DNA from: Methanococcus maripaludis
Lineage (GTDB): Archaea > AGJL01 > Methanococci > Methanococcales > Methanococcaceae
Assembly (NCBI RefSeq): GCF_002945325.1
Contig: NZ_CP026606.1
Span: 180,001-212,000 of the forward strand
DNA length: 32,000 nt
Direction: 5' to 3'
The translations under genes were made by a program, and so were the position numbers. Under the pieces are notes generated by a model that saw nothing but the letters and a program-made list of their open reading frames with translations, searched no databases and was not told the DNA's origin. Below are positions 1-9,408 of this stretch, piece by piece (position 1 is the stretch's first letter; every line of letters begins with the position of its first letter).

Positions 1-360
1 GATGATTTTCAGGAATTTAAAATTTACACGGAAAATTTAAGCGAAAAAATTCAGTTTATACTTAAGAAGGCCGATGGATTTGTAACTGATGGATATGATG
101 CATTACAATACGTGACTTTTGAAAATTTAAAAAATAAAAAACCTAAGAATAGTAAAAAATCGAAAAAAATACTGGTTAAAATGCCATTATGGCTTGCAAA
201 CAATAATGAAATCCATTTTGGAGAAGTTATCGAAAAGTTTCGATATATTAATTTTGAATTCGTCGGAGAATCTAAAAAGGGTATCTGTGTGTATTCAAAA
301 GAATTAAATAAAAAGTTATGGCTCCCAAAAAGCATTATCCAGTATGAAAATCAAGAATAA
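1..360 (+). CDS. Hypothetical protein, 5' truncated by window edge (frame open from base 1: DDFQEFKIYTENLSEKIQFILKKADGFVTDGYDALQYVTFENLKN...)
   Basis: Frame 1 is open from base 1 through the stop at 360, so the listed ORF at 112 is an internal start. Confidence 0.7.
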   Translation, partial: DDFQEFKIYTENLSEKIQFILKKADGFVTDGYDALQYVTFENLKNKKPKNSKKSKKILVKMPLWLANNNEIHFGEVIEKFRYINFEFVGESKKGICVYSKELNKKLWLPKSIIQYENQE

Positions 361-446
361 AATCGCTGGAATTATCCAAAACATTATTATATTTTCAGTG
401 TCTTTTTTAGTAAATTAATTGTTATTTTAGGTATCTAGGTGAAATT

Positions 447-1055
447 TTGAATAAATCAAAAAAATTGGAAATTTTAAAAGCATTATTTTACACGTGCATG
501 ATACTCGCAAACGTCATAGCTGTTAAAATCGGCAGTTTTTGGGGTTATGTTATGACTGTAGGAATTTTAACGTACCCAATCACGTATTTAATGACTGATA
601 TAATAAGTGAATGCTGGTCAAAAGAGGAAGCAAGAAACACAGTCATTTTTGGATTTGTTTTAAGCATTATTTCTGTCATTGTTACCCAATCAGCAGTTTT
701 GGTTCCAAATGCACCATTTTACGATGGTTCATCATTTGAAGCCGTGTTTAATTTTGTTCCAAGGGTAGTTTTAGCATCATTAATGGCATATTTTGTATCC
801 CAAAACATTGACGTTTCGCTATTCCACAAAATTAAATCATATACTGGAAAAAAACATTTATGGATTAGAAACAATATCTCTACAATGGTAAGCCAGTTAT
901 TTGATAGTTTTTTATTCATTTCAATTGCTTTTTACGGCATATTGCCAGTTGATGCGATAATAACAATGATTGGGGTGCAGTACGGATTTAAATTTATTAT
1001 AGCAATAATGGATACTCCGTTTATATACCTTGGAAGGCATTGGATTGAAAAATAA
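447..1055 (+). CDS. Queuosine-precursor-type transporter, YhhQ/VUT family membrane protein
   Basis: Hydrophobic multi-TM protein with family-like NVIAVKI, YPITYLMTDIISECWSKEEAR and DTPFIYLGRHW motifs; TTG start preceded by AGGTGA. Confidence 0.8.
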   Translation: MNKSKKLEILKALFYTCMILANVIAVKIGSFWGYVMTVGILTYPITYLMTDIISECWSKEEARNTVIFGFVLSIISVIVTQSAVLVPNAPFYDGSSFEAVFNFVPRVVLASLMAYFVSQNIDVSLFHKIKSYTGKKHLWIRNNISTMVSQLFDSFLFISIAFYGILPVDAIITMIGVQYGFKFIIAIMDTPFIYLGRHWIEK

Positions 1056-1101
1056 AAAATAGTTAAATTTTAAGATTTATTTTAAGATTTAAGATTCTTA
1101 A

Positions 1102-1887
1102 TTATTTTTTAAACGTATTAGTTCTTGCCCCAGCAACTTGGTTCGCAATCCTTGCGGCAAATGCACCTGCAACAAATCCTGCATCGATATTTACAACAGA
1201 TACTACCGAACAGGACTGAAGCATTGATAAAAGTGCAGCTTCACCCTTTGCACCAGCACCGTAACCAGTAGATACTGGAAGACCGACAACTGGGACATCA
1301 ACAAGTGCAGAAACCACTGTTGGAAGAGTTCCTTCCCTTCCAGCAGCAACTACAATTGAATCAGGTTTTTTATTCTTTAGTATCTCCATTTCATTAACAA
1401 GCCTGTGAAGTCCCGCAACTCCAACATCATATATTGCAATTGTTTCACAGCCCATTTCTGAAGCGGTCATTTTCGCTTCTTCTGCTACATCAATATCTGC
1501 AGTACCTGCAGTAATTACTGCAACTACACCGCCAGTTTTTTTAATTGGCGTACCATTATGAACTACTGCTGTAGTTGAATGAATGCCCCATTCAATCTCA
1601 CCAGATTTAAAATTTGATTGCAGTGCAGTTCTATGGGTTTCACTAATACGTGTGATTAAAACACGACCACTGGCATCCCTTTGAGCTTTTGCAATTTTTA
1701 CTACGTCTTCAGGGGTTTTTCCTTCAGCAAGCAATGCTTCAATAATTCCTGTTCGATGTTTTCGAAAAGTATCTATTTTAGCAATATCGGTTACTGATAC
1801 GTATCCCATTGAACGAATAGCTGCTTCAGCAGTTTCAATATCTGTTTCACTGTTTTTTACGTTATTCAATATACTTTTGAGGTCCAT
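1102..1887 (-). CDS. larB: LarB, pyridinium-3,5-biscarboxylic acid mononucleotide synthase (nickel-pincer nucleotide biosynthesis)
   Basis: LarB/PurE-like C-terminal motifs GTADIDVAEEA, VVAAGREGTLPTVVSALVDVPVVGLPVSTGYGAGAKGEAALLSMLQSC, NIDAGFVAGAFAARI. Confidence 0.88.
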   Translation of the reverse strand: MDLKSILNNVKNSETDIETAEAAIRSMGYVSVTDIAKIDTFRKHRTGIIEALLAEGKTPEDVVKIAKAQRDASGRVLITRISETHRTALQSNFKSGEIEWGIHSTTAVVHNGTPIKKTGGVVAVITAGTADIDVAEEAKMTASEMGCETIAIYDVGVAGLHRLVNEMEILKNKKPDSIVVAAGREGTLPTVVSALVDVPVVGLPVSTGYGAGAKGEAALLSMLQSCSVVSVVNIDAGFVAGAFAARIANQVAGARTNTFKK

Positions 1888-1898
1888 TTGGTACTCAC

Positions 1899-3092
1899 CT
1901 ACATTTTAAAAACACTCTTTACCATAGCCATTTTTTCATCATTATCAAGACCTTCAAATTCAGCTACAACTTTTTCGAGCATTTCAGGTATCTGGATATT
2001 TTGCGGACAGCGTTCTATACAAATACCGCAATCGGTACATTGTGATGCAAAATGCGGTTCATTAGTCCAGAATATATCACTAAGTGTTGCAAAATACTGG
2101 AATCTTTGAGATTCATCATGGAACATGTGTAAATTGTTGTATATTCCAAAACATGTCGGGATATCCACGTTTGCAGGACAAGGCATACAGTAACCGCAAC
2201 CAGTACAGTTAATCTTTAACAATTCACCATATTTTAAAGCAGCCTGTTCTATAAGACCCAGCTCTTTTTGGGTTAATGAGTTTTGATAACCTTCTTCTGC
2301 GATTCTTATGTTTTCTTCAACCTGTTCTGGTTCAGTCATTCCCGATAATACTGAAATAACTTCTGGATGATTCCATACCCAGCGAAGTGCCCATTCTACA
2401 GTTGTTCGTTTTGTATCTGCCTTGTTCCATATTTCCATAACTTCATCAGGTGTTTTGCCTGCCAAATTGCCCCCACGAAGCGGTTCCATTACAAAAACCC
2501 CGAGACCCTTTGAAGATGCGTATTTAAGTCCTTCTGTTCCAGCCTGAACGTTTTCATCTAAATAATTATACTGTATAAGGCAGAAATCCCAATCATACTC
2601 ATCCACTATCGATGCAAAATCTTCCTGCATTCCATGGTACGAAAAACCTGCATTTTTTATTCTACCGTCTGCTTTTGCACTGTTTAAAAAATCAATTACG
2701 CCAAGTTCTTTTATTTTAGCCCAGCTCGCTTTGGTAAGTGTGTGAAGTAAATAGTAATCGATACAGTTAGTATTCAGTTTTTCAAGTTGGGCATTGAGGA
2801 ATTTATCCATATCTTCTCTGGTGTTTACTGCCCACGTTGGTAGTTTTGTTGAAAGTTTAACTTTTTCTCTGTATCCGTCTGAAAGCGCACGAGCTAAAAA
2901 CGGTTCACATTCACCCATATGGTATGGCCAAGCTGTATCTACGAAATTTACGCCGTTATCTATCGCATAACGAACCATTTCTGTAGCTTTTTCTTCATCT
3001 ATGCTACCATCTTCTTTTGTAGGTAGCCTCATAGCACCAAAACCCAATATTGAAAGTTTGTCGCCATTTTTTGGATTTGTTCTGTATAACAT
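1899..3092 (-). CDS. Aldo/keto reductase with C-terminal 4Fe-4S ferredoxin domain
   Basis: AKR motifs LGFGAMRLP, NFVDTAWPYH; CTGCGYCMPCP and CTDCGICIERCP cysteine clusters. Confidence 0.9.
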   Translation of the reverse strand: MLYRTNPKNGDKLSILGFGAMRLPTKEDGSIDEEKATEMVRYAIDNGVNFVDTAWPYHMGECEPFLARALSDGYREKVKLSTKLPTWAVNTREDMDKFLNAQLEKLNTNCIDYYLLHTLTKASWAKIKELGVIDFLNSAKADGRIKNAGFSYHGMQEDFASIVDEYDWDFCLIQYNYLDENVQAGTEGLKYASSKGLGVFVMEPLRGGNLAGKTPDEVMEIWNKADTKRTTVEWALRWVWNHPEVISVLSGMTEPEQVEENIRIAEEGYQNSLTQKELGLIEQAALKYGELLKINCTGCGYCMPCPANVDIPTCFGIYNNLHMFHDESQRFQYFATLSDIFWTNEPHFASQCTDCGICIERCPQNIQIPEMLEKVVAEFEGLDNDEKMAMVKSVFKM

Positions 3093-3231
3093 GTTTTATT
3101 CACCCGATGTATAAGATCTGCAGTTTAATGGTAAATTTACGGATATTTTACCCAATTGTTAAACGTATTGTATTTTGGATAAATTCAAAATATTATTCTT
3201 ATGTTTATTATTCTATTTTCATTCTTCAAAT

Positions 3232-3975
3232 TTATTCAGGCATTATTTCATTTAAACATGCAATCGCATTCAATGTTCTTGGATATCCAACATAAGGCAG
3301 TGCTTGCGTAACTGCATCAAGTAGTACTTTTTTATCGTTTCCTACTTTCAAATTGCCGACAATATGTCCTTTTAATTGCGGTTCACATCCTCCAAGAGCC
3401 AATAATATACAAAAAGTCAAAAGTTCTCTGGTTTTCACATCAAGTCCTGTTCGAGTGTAGTAATCACCAAAACAATTTGCAGATAGGTACTTTTGAATGT
3501 GTATTTGATTTTCTGGAGATGATTCATACATTTTATCAATAATTTCTCCAAAAATTGATTTTTGCACTTCAAGCCCCTTTTCATGTCTATTTTCAGGCGT
3601 AGTCGTGGATTGGCCTTCTAAAGGTAGTTTTACCCCCCTGCTTTCCAAAATTTCATTTGTTGCAAGGATAAAGTCATATGCTTTTGCAATTCCCACATAA
3701 GGTACAGATTGATATACTATTTCCTTAACTTCAATAGGTGTTACTCCAACACTGAGTGCACCTTCGAGCATTACTTTATACTCGCTTAATGTCTGGCTTC
3801 CAATTAGTGCTCCCAAAATCACCGTTGATCTTGTTTTGGCATCCAAATCACCATGTTTAATAACTTCATCAAAAATAAAGTTATCAAAAATTTCGACAAG
3901 TTCGGGATCTGTTACGTTAAGTGTTGATTTGTAATTTTTGTTTGTGGTTTCACTGATTTTCATACTTTTACACAC
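3232..3975 (-). CDS. Carboxymuconolactone decarboxylase (CMD/AhpD-like) family protein
   Basis: Two CMD-like repeats: LDAKTRSTVILGALIG...VGVTPIEVKEIVYQSVPYVG and LDVKTRELLTFCILLALGG...LKGHIVGNLKVGNDKKVLLDAVTQALPYVGYPRTLNA. Confidence 0.85.
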   Translation of the reverse strand: MCKSMKISETTNKNYKSTLNVTDPELVEIFDNFIFDEVIKHGDLDAKTRSTVILGALIGSQTLSEYKVMLEGALSVGVTPIEVKEIVYQSVPYVGIAKAYDFILATNEILESRGVKLPLEGQSTTTPENRHEKGLEVQKSIFGEIIDKMYESSPENQIHIQKYLSANCFGDYYTRTGLDVKTRELLTFCILLALGGCEPQLKGHIVGNLKVGNDKKVLLDAVTQALPYVGYPRTLNAIACLNEIMPE

Positions 3976-4067
3976 ATCCTTAATTTTTTCTTGACAATAC
4001 GGGCCATAATTCGCTATTTTCAGTTATTATATTAATTAACTGACTATGATTTAGTATTCTTTTTAAT

Positions 4068-4796
4068 TTAATCCGTTTCAGACAATAATCCCTGAAGTAC
4101 ATTTGGACCACCAAGATCTGCATCCCCTGCACCGTATCCTATTGAACTAACAGTGCATTTTGGAAAGACTTTTATCGGTTTTGCGAAATGGGATAGAATC
4201 GCTGCACCAGTAGGCGTTAGCAGTTCTTTTTCATCTGTTCCGCCTTTAAAGTAGAGTTTTCCCTTTTTTAAGAGTTCAAGCGTAGCTGGGGCAGGTACTG
4301 ACATGATCCCATGCGCACATTTTACGGTTCCGTTTCCAACGTTGATAGGCATGCAGTAAACAGAATCGCATTTGAGTGCATGAATGGCTGTTGATGAGCC
4401 GATGACGTCTGCAAGTGCATCATTTTGCCCAACTTCATGAAAATGTAATTTTTCAAGATCTTTTTTACCATGAACATGCGCTTCAGCTTCGGCCATCTTT
4501 GAAAAAATGTCAAGTGCACTTTTTTCTACATCATTTGAAAGTTTTGCATCTTTTATAATATCTACAAGTTCGAAATAAGTTCGTGAATGTTCGTGTTCAG
4601 GAACATTAATTTTAACGTCCAAAGCTCGAATACCTCTTTTCACAACTTCCTCCATGCTTACCGATACAGGTACTGCTGATTCAATGATTTCTTTTACGTA
4701 AAATTTGTCATCCAAAAGGTCCAAAGTACATCCAAGAATCATATCTCCTGCAGCTCCTGAAAACGGGTTGAATATAAGCGATTTCATGATTATCAC
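4068..4796 (-). CDS. larC: LarC N-terminal domain protein (LarC1-like nickel insertion protein); C-terminal LarC2 region absent
   Basis: FNPFSGAAGDMILGCTLDL, HFHEVGQNDALADVIG, LTPTGAAILSHF, GYGAGDADLGGPNVLQ motifs; ORF stops immediately after and only 92 nt remain before the next gene. Confidence 0.82.
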   Translation of the reverse strand: MIIMKSLIFNPFSGAAGDMILGCTLDLLDDKFYVKEIIESAVPVSVSMEEVVKRGIRALDVKINVPEHEHSRTYFELVDIIKDAKLSNDVEKSALDIFSKMAEAEAHVHGKKDLEKLHFHEVGQNDALADVIGSSTAIHALKCDSVYCMPINVGNGTVKCAHGIMSVPAPATLELLKKGKLYFKGGTDEKELLTPTGAAILSHFAKPIKVFPKCTVSSIGYGAGDADLGGPNVLQGLLSETD

Positions 4797-4817
4797 GCTA
4801 TTTATTGAATTAGAATT

Positions 4818-5353
4818 TTAGAGCATTCCTAAGTTATCCAGCCACTTTTTAATATCCTTTTTCGAAGACGTCACCTGAGATCCCAAAATTGAAAATCCGT
4901 TTAGGATTTTTGCATCAGGACAGTTTTTTGCAATATCACTTTCACTGTGCCCCATACCGCTTCCTTCATGCGTACAGAATGGAATAAGGGTTTTTCCAGA
5001 GAAATCGTATTCTTCAAGAAATGTAAGAACTGCCATTGGGACTGTTCCCAACCAGTTTGGATATCCTAAGAATATGGTGTCGTAAGAATCCATATTAGTC
5101 ACGTGGCTGGTTAGTTTTGGTCGTGCATTTTCATTTATTCTTTTTTTGCCACATTTGTAGTTGCGGAATAGTCTTTAGGATACGGTGTTACAGTATCAAT
5201 CTGAAAAAGATCGCCCCCGATTATTTCTTGAATCGTTTCAGCTGTTATTTTTGTGTTACCTACTTGCAAATTCAAAATTTTTCCGTCAACGTAGTTATTA
5301 CCTGCACGTGAAAAATATGCCATAAGACATTTCTTTTCTTTTAAATCAGGCAT
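4818..5353 (-). pseudogene. Flavodoxin family protein, interrupted by a frame change near 5135-5150
   Basis: 5135..5353 (MAYFSRAGNNY...FQIDTVTPYPKDYSATTNVAKKE) and 4818..5102 (MDSYDTIFLGYPNWLGTVPMAVLTFLEEYDFSGKTLIPF) are the two halves of one flavodoxin; the intervening NENARPKLTSHVTN reads in the frame of the downstream half. Confidence 0.85.
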
Positions 5354-5410
5354 ATTATTCCTCGTTTTAACTTTAATCGGTAGATTCTAAATTGTTAATT
5401 GAATGATAAT

Positions 5411-6046
5411 TTAGTCTCGAATGAAATTTGTTGAGATTCTCTCTTCATGCAGGGGAAACTCTACACCTGCCTTAATGCCTGCTTCTTTACACTTCAAGAA
5501 CCATGCCATATTCTTTGCAAGTACTCGCATTGTCTGTAATCCTTCCAGATCTTTTTCTACATCTTCTGGTTTTGCACCATGAACCATGTTCCAGTACCTA
5601 GATGAAATTATGGGCATTTCTGAATGGGTAAAATATTTATTGAGTTGATCAAATGCAGCTGTTGTTCCCGCCCTTCTTGCAGAAACTACTGCTGCAGCAG
5701 GTTTTAGGTAAAAAGATTTCCCACCACTTAGTAAATCCGTATAAAATGCACAATCCATGAATGATTTAATAGAACCGCTTGTGGATGCATAGTGAACTGG
5801 AGAACCAAAGATAAATCCATCTGAATCTTTAGCAATATCTAAAAAATCGTTTACAATATTGTTAACTGCACAACGTCCTGTCTTAGCACAGGCTTTACAT
5901 GCAGTACATCCACTAATAGGTTTTAATCCAATCCAATAAAGTTCTGTGTCGATATTTTCCCCCTTTAATGTCTTTTCGATTTCTTTGAGGGCAGTATAAG
6001 TACAGCCTTTCTTATTTGGACTTCCATTTACTAGCAGCACCTTCAT
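5411..6046 (-). CDS. NADPH-dependent FMN reductase / iron-sulfur flavoprotein-like protein
   Basis: MKVLLVNGSPNKKGCTYTAL, GCTACKACAKTGRCAVND-like region, GFIFGSPVHYASTSGSIKSFMD. Confidence 0.87.
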   Translation of the reverse strand: MKVLLVNGSPNKKGCTYTALKEIEKTLKGENIDTELYWIGLKPISGCTACKACAKTGRCAVNNIVNDFLDIAKDSDGFIFGSPVHYASTSGSIKSFMDCAFYTDLLSGGKSFYLKPAAAVVSARRAGTTAAFDQLNKYFTHSEMPIISSRYWNMVHGAKPEDVEKDLEGLQTMRVLAKNMAWFLKCKEAGIKAGVEFPLHEERISTNFIRD

Positions 6047-6364
6047 ATTTCCACCTTAAATCTCAGTAATCCGTTTTAATCCGATTTATTCGGTTTCAAG
6101 CAATTTTATTTCTGACAATGTTTCGTTTAATAGGAATATTTCATCTTTATCTAATTTTACTTCTATAATTTAATTTATCTTCGTAAGTTATCATATCCTT
6201 TATCACCCACAGGTTCCAACCATTCAAAAATTTCTTTGAAAAGATTATGTTTTTTTTAAAAATTGAATAAAATACCCCAAACTTAAAAATAGAAAAAAAG
6301 TTTGAAAATTAATTTTGAAATCATGATTTGATGAAATCTATAATATTGGCATGCTTTTTTCCAT

Positions 6365-6880
6365 TTAATCGGCTAGTTCAATCAATATATCGAAGCTACC
6401 ATTTATTTCTGTAATAATTGAAGGGTCACAATCAATAACCCCTAAATTCACAAATTCGCCATAACAATTTTCTTCATTATCATACAAAATGGTGAAATAA
6501 TTTCCTTGAGTAGTAAAATCTATATCTCCATTCTTCCAGCCTGGAACTAAATCTTCATCATTAAAGGATAATGGTTTATCCATTACACCGCAGATGTCAA
6601 AATCGTATTTACTGGCATGGATCGTGTACGGTAGCCTATCAATAAGTTCTTTAGCAGGTTTACCGTCATTTAATATTCCTGGAATGGTTTTATTATTGAT
6701 ATGCATATTAATTCTTGTTCCATTCTTAATTTCACGGATTGAATTTTCTTTATCCATAACTTCCTCACCAATATGTTCTTCATTAATTAATTCAATACTT
6801 GAATAGTTCTCTGCAAATATCGCCACTAAAAGAACACTGAATAATACCAATAAACTCTGTTTATTTGATACTGTCGCCAT
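6365..6880 (-). CDS. Secreted/membrane-anchored cyclophilin-like fold protein
   Basis: N-terminal hydrophobic segment; INMHINNKTIPGILNDGKPAKELIDRLP ... VPGWKNGDIDFTTQGNYFTILYD...LGVI resembles the bacterial cyclophilin-like family. Confidence 0.7.
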   Translation of the reverse strand: MATVSNKQSLLVLFSVLLVAIFAENYSSIELINEEHIGEEVMDKENSIREIKNGTRINMHINNKTIPGILNDGKPAKELIDRLPYTIHASKYDFDICGVMDKPLSFNDEDLVPGWKNGDIDFTTQGNYFTILYDNEENCYGEFVNLGVIDCDPSIITEINGSFDILIELAD

Positions 6881-6969
6881 TTTCTTTACCTGTTCTTGCC
6901 ATATTTTTTTCAGTTACCACAAAAATACTGATTCTATGAGTCCTTTTGCTTCTCAAAAATATTTTGATT

Positions 6970-8082
6970 TCATTTTTTTACAGAATTTGTTTTATCAAAA
7001 TAGTTTTTTGCTTTTAGCAGTCTACCGCGGATATCTACATGGAATGGACAGTTCTTTTCACAAACACCGCAATTAGTGCAGTCATTTGCGTTTTTGCTTA
7101 ATTTCAAGTAGTGATCTTTTGCAAGCTCGTCACCTGCTTTTGCAAGATCAAGATATTTGTTTACAATACCAATATCGATTCCAGAAGGGCATGGTTGGCA
7201 GTGGTTACAGTAAATGCAGGTACCCATGATGTCTCGGTGCGGCAGGCTTGCTATAAACGAGTAATCTCGATCTTTTTCAGAAGTAGAATAATATTTAAGG
7301 GCTTCATCCAGATCTGCTCTTGAACTTACTCCTGAAATACATGAAACTACCCCTGGACGATCCAGTGCATACTGTATACACTGGGGAACCGTCATGGCAT
7401 GATTAAATGGTGATGTTTTTTCGTTTAAGAGCTGTCCACCACCATAAGCCTTCATAACCGTGAGTGCCACACCTTGTTTTTCACATTCTTGATAAAGCTC
7501 CATACGTTCATTTTTTAAGTTTAATTTACCCCATGAGGGTTTAAAATCATATGCAGCGTTTGTACTGAACATTATAACATCAATTTCGCCAGTTTCGATA
7601 AATAATTTACATATCTCTTCAGAATGTGACGAAATCCCCAGATATCGAATAGTTCCGTCCTGCTTTAGCTTTTTAGCATAATCAAAAATGCCGTTTGACA
7701 TGATTTTTTCAAAGTCTCTTACCAGATCAACATAGCTGATGAGGCCAATATCGGCATAATTAGTACTGTATTTTTTTAATTCCTGCTCAAAACCCTTTTT
7801 AACGTTCCTTGGAACTCTTGTCCTTGAATATGTTCCTTTAGGATACCAGACACCAAGATGTATCTGCATGAGCATATCTTCCCGATGTCCTTTCAATGCA
7901 TTATTAATTGGTTCTGCTGCAGTGGTATCATACATGACCGTATCGATCAGATTTACGCCTTTTTCCATGCCGTAAGTGACGATATCTTCAATTTCTTTTG
8001 ACGTTGTTTCTTTCAAGCTTCCTGATCCAATGCCGATAGTACTGACCTTTTCATTGCCATGCGGTAATTTTCTGTAGTCCAT
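6970..8082 (-). CDS. Aldo/keto reductase with C-terminal 4Fe-4S ferredoxin domain (start corrected from 8127 to 8082)
   Basis: MDYRKLPHGNEKVSTIGIGSGSL ... CIYCNHCQPCP and CTNCGVCEKNCPF. Start MDYRK at 8082 fits the family and an SD-like AGGGGCG. Confidence 0.88.
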   Translation of the reverse strand: MDYRKLPHGNEKVSTIGIGSGSLKETTSKEIEDIVTYGMEKGVNLIDTVMYDTTAAEPINNALKGHREDMLMQIHLGVWYPKGTYSRTRVPRNVKKGFEQELKKYSTNYADIGLISYVDLVRDFEKIMSNGIFDYAKKLKQDGTIRYLGISSHSEEICKLFIETGEIDVIMFSTNAAYDFKPSWGKLNLKNERMELYQECEKQGVALTVMKAYGGGQLLNEKTSPFNHAMTVPQCIQYALDRPGVVSCISGVSSRADLDEALKYYSTSEKDRDYSFIASLPHRDIMGTCIYCNHCQPCPSGIDIGIVNKYLDLAKAGDELAKDHYLKLSKNANDCTNCGVCEKNCPFHVDIRGRLLKAKNYFDKTNSVKK

Positions 8083-8093
8083 GTATTCGCCCC

Positions 8094-9264
8094 TTATTTG
8101 TAAGATGCACTGTAAATTGAAACGCAATCTTCGATACTTAACTGAGATCTGTCACAGGTAAACAACATTCCCATTGTATCCATTGCATTTTTCGCCATTT
8201 TTTCAAATTCTTCAGGAGTAATGCCATAATCAGACATTTTAAGATCTGAAACTCCACATTCTTCCTGTAATTTTACGAGCATTTTGATGAAATCCATAGG
8301 TTCTGTTGCATCTTCCATACCCATTACTTTAGCCATTTTTACAAACCTGTCATCACATACATGTTTTTCGATAAAATGAGTAAAGTATGCTTTACTGATC
8401 ATTATAAGCCCTGCACCATGAGGAAGATCTTGGTGATAAGCAGACATTGCGTGTTCTAATGCGTGCTGGCTTGTACAAAGTCCAACAGTTTCAACTACTC
8501 CTGATAACGTATTTCCAAAAGCAACCTTTTCACGTGCGTACATGTCATTTCCATCTTCAACAGCTTTTGAGAGATTTTTTGAAACATTTTCTATTGCCGT
8601 GATTGCATACATGTCGCTCATTAGATTTGCGCCGATAGATACGTAACCTTCCACGCTGTGGAATAATGCATCAAATCCCTGATATGCGGTGTATTTTGGA
8701 GGTACTGATTTCATAAGTTCAGGATCAACTACTGCTAAAACTGGAAACGTATCTTCGTTACCAAATCCGATTTTTTCACGATTTATTTCATGCGTTACAA
8801 CTGCCCAAGGATCGGTTTCAGAACCTGTTCCTGCTGTTGTTGTAATTGCTACAACAGGGATTGGTTTAGCTTTTAAAGGCATTCCTTTTCCAGTTCCACC
8901 AAAAATGTAATCCCAGTAATCTCCATCATTTGTAGCCATTATGGACATTGCTTTTGATGCATCGATACAGCTTCCGCCACCTAATGCAACAATAAAATCG
9001 CAGTCATTTTCTTTTGCAAAAGCACCGCCAGCCATAACGGTTGATCTTAATGGGTTTGGTTCAACTTTATCAAATACTGCAGTTTCTACACCTGCTAATT
9101 TTAACTGTTCTTCAGTTCTTGCAAGGTAACCGTATTCCCTTGTAGATTTTCCATTTGAAATAACAATCATAGCTTTTTTGCCAGGCATTTTTTTGTTCGT
9201 GTAGATTATTTAGTTGTCCTGCTCCAAACAAGACTTTTGTTGGCACATACATATTAAAACTCAT
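8094..9264 (-). pseudogene. Iron-containing alcohol dehydrogenase, N-terminus out of frame because of an A7 homopolymer
   Basis: ORF 8094..9188 has GGGSCIDASKAMS and AGTGSETDPWAVVT motifs. Immediately upstream in another frame, from ATG at 9264: MSFNMYVPTKVLFGAGQLNNLHEQK, the normal family N-terminus, preceded by GGTGA. The shift is at CAAAAAAATG (9186-9195). Confidence 0.85.
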
Positions 9265-9318
9265 AATTTTCACCATTATCCGAAATTTTTTTGAATATAA
9301 TAATTGAATTTTTAAGAT

Positions 9319-9332
9319 TGACTACTCAGTCA
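9319..9332. promoter_or_regulatory. Candidate TetR operator A (TGACTACTCAGTCA), just downstream of TATATATA in the Fe-ADH promoter
   Basis: Near-palindromic member of TGACTRATYAGTCA set; TATA-like sequence at about 9353-9360, Fe-ADH ATG at 9264. Confidence 0.7.
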
Positions 9333-9408
9333 AATACTAATTTGTTTTTGTGATATATATAGATTAGGTAATAACTTCTTTTTAAAAAATTAAAAAATAA
9401 CTCTAAAT

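Noticed and set aside
4039-4056. TGACTATGATTTAGTA near the larC/CMD gap as an additional TetR site
   Set aside because: Only one half-site matches and the spacing is wrong.
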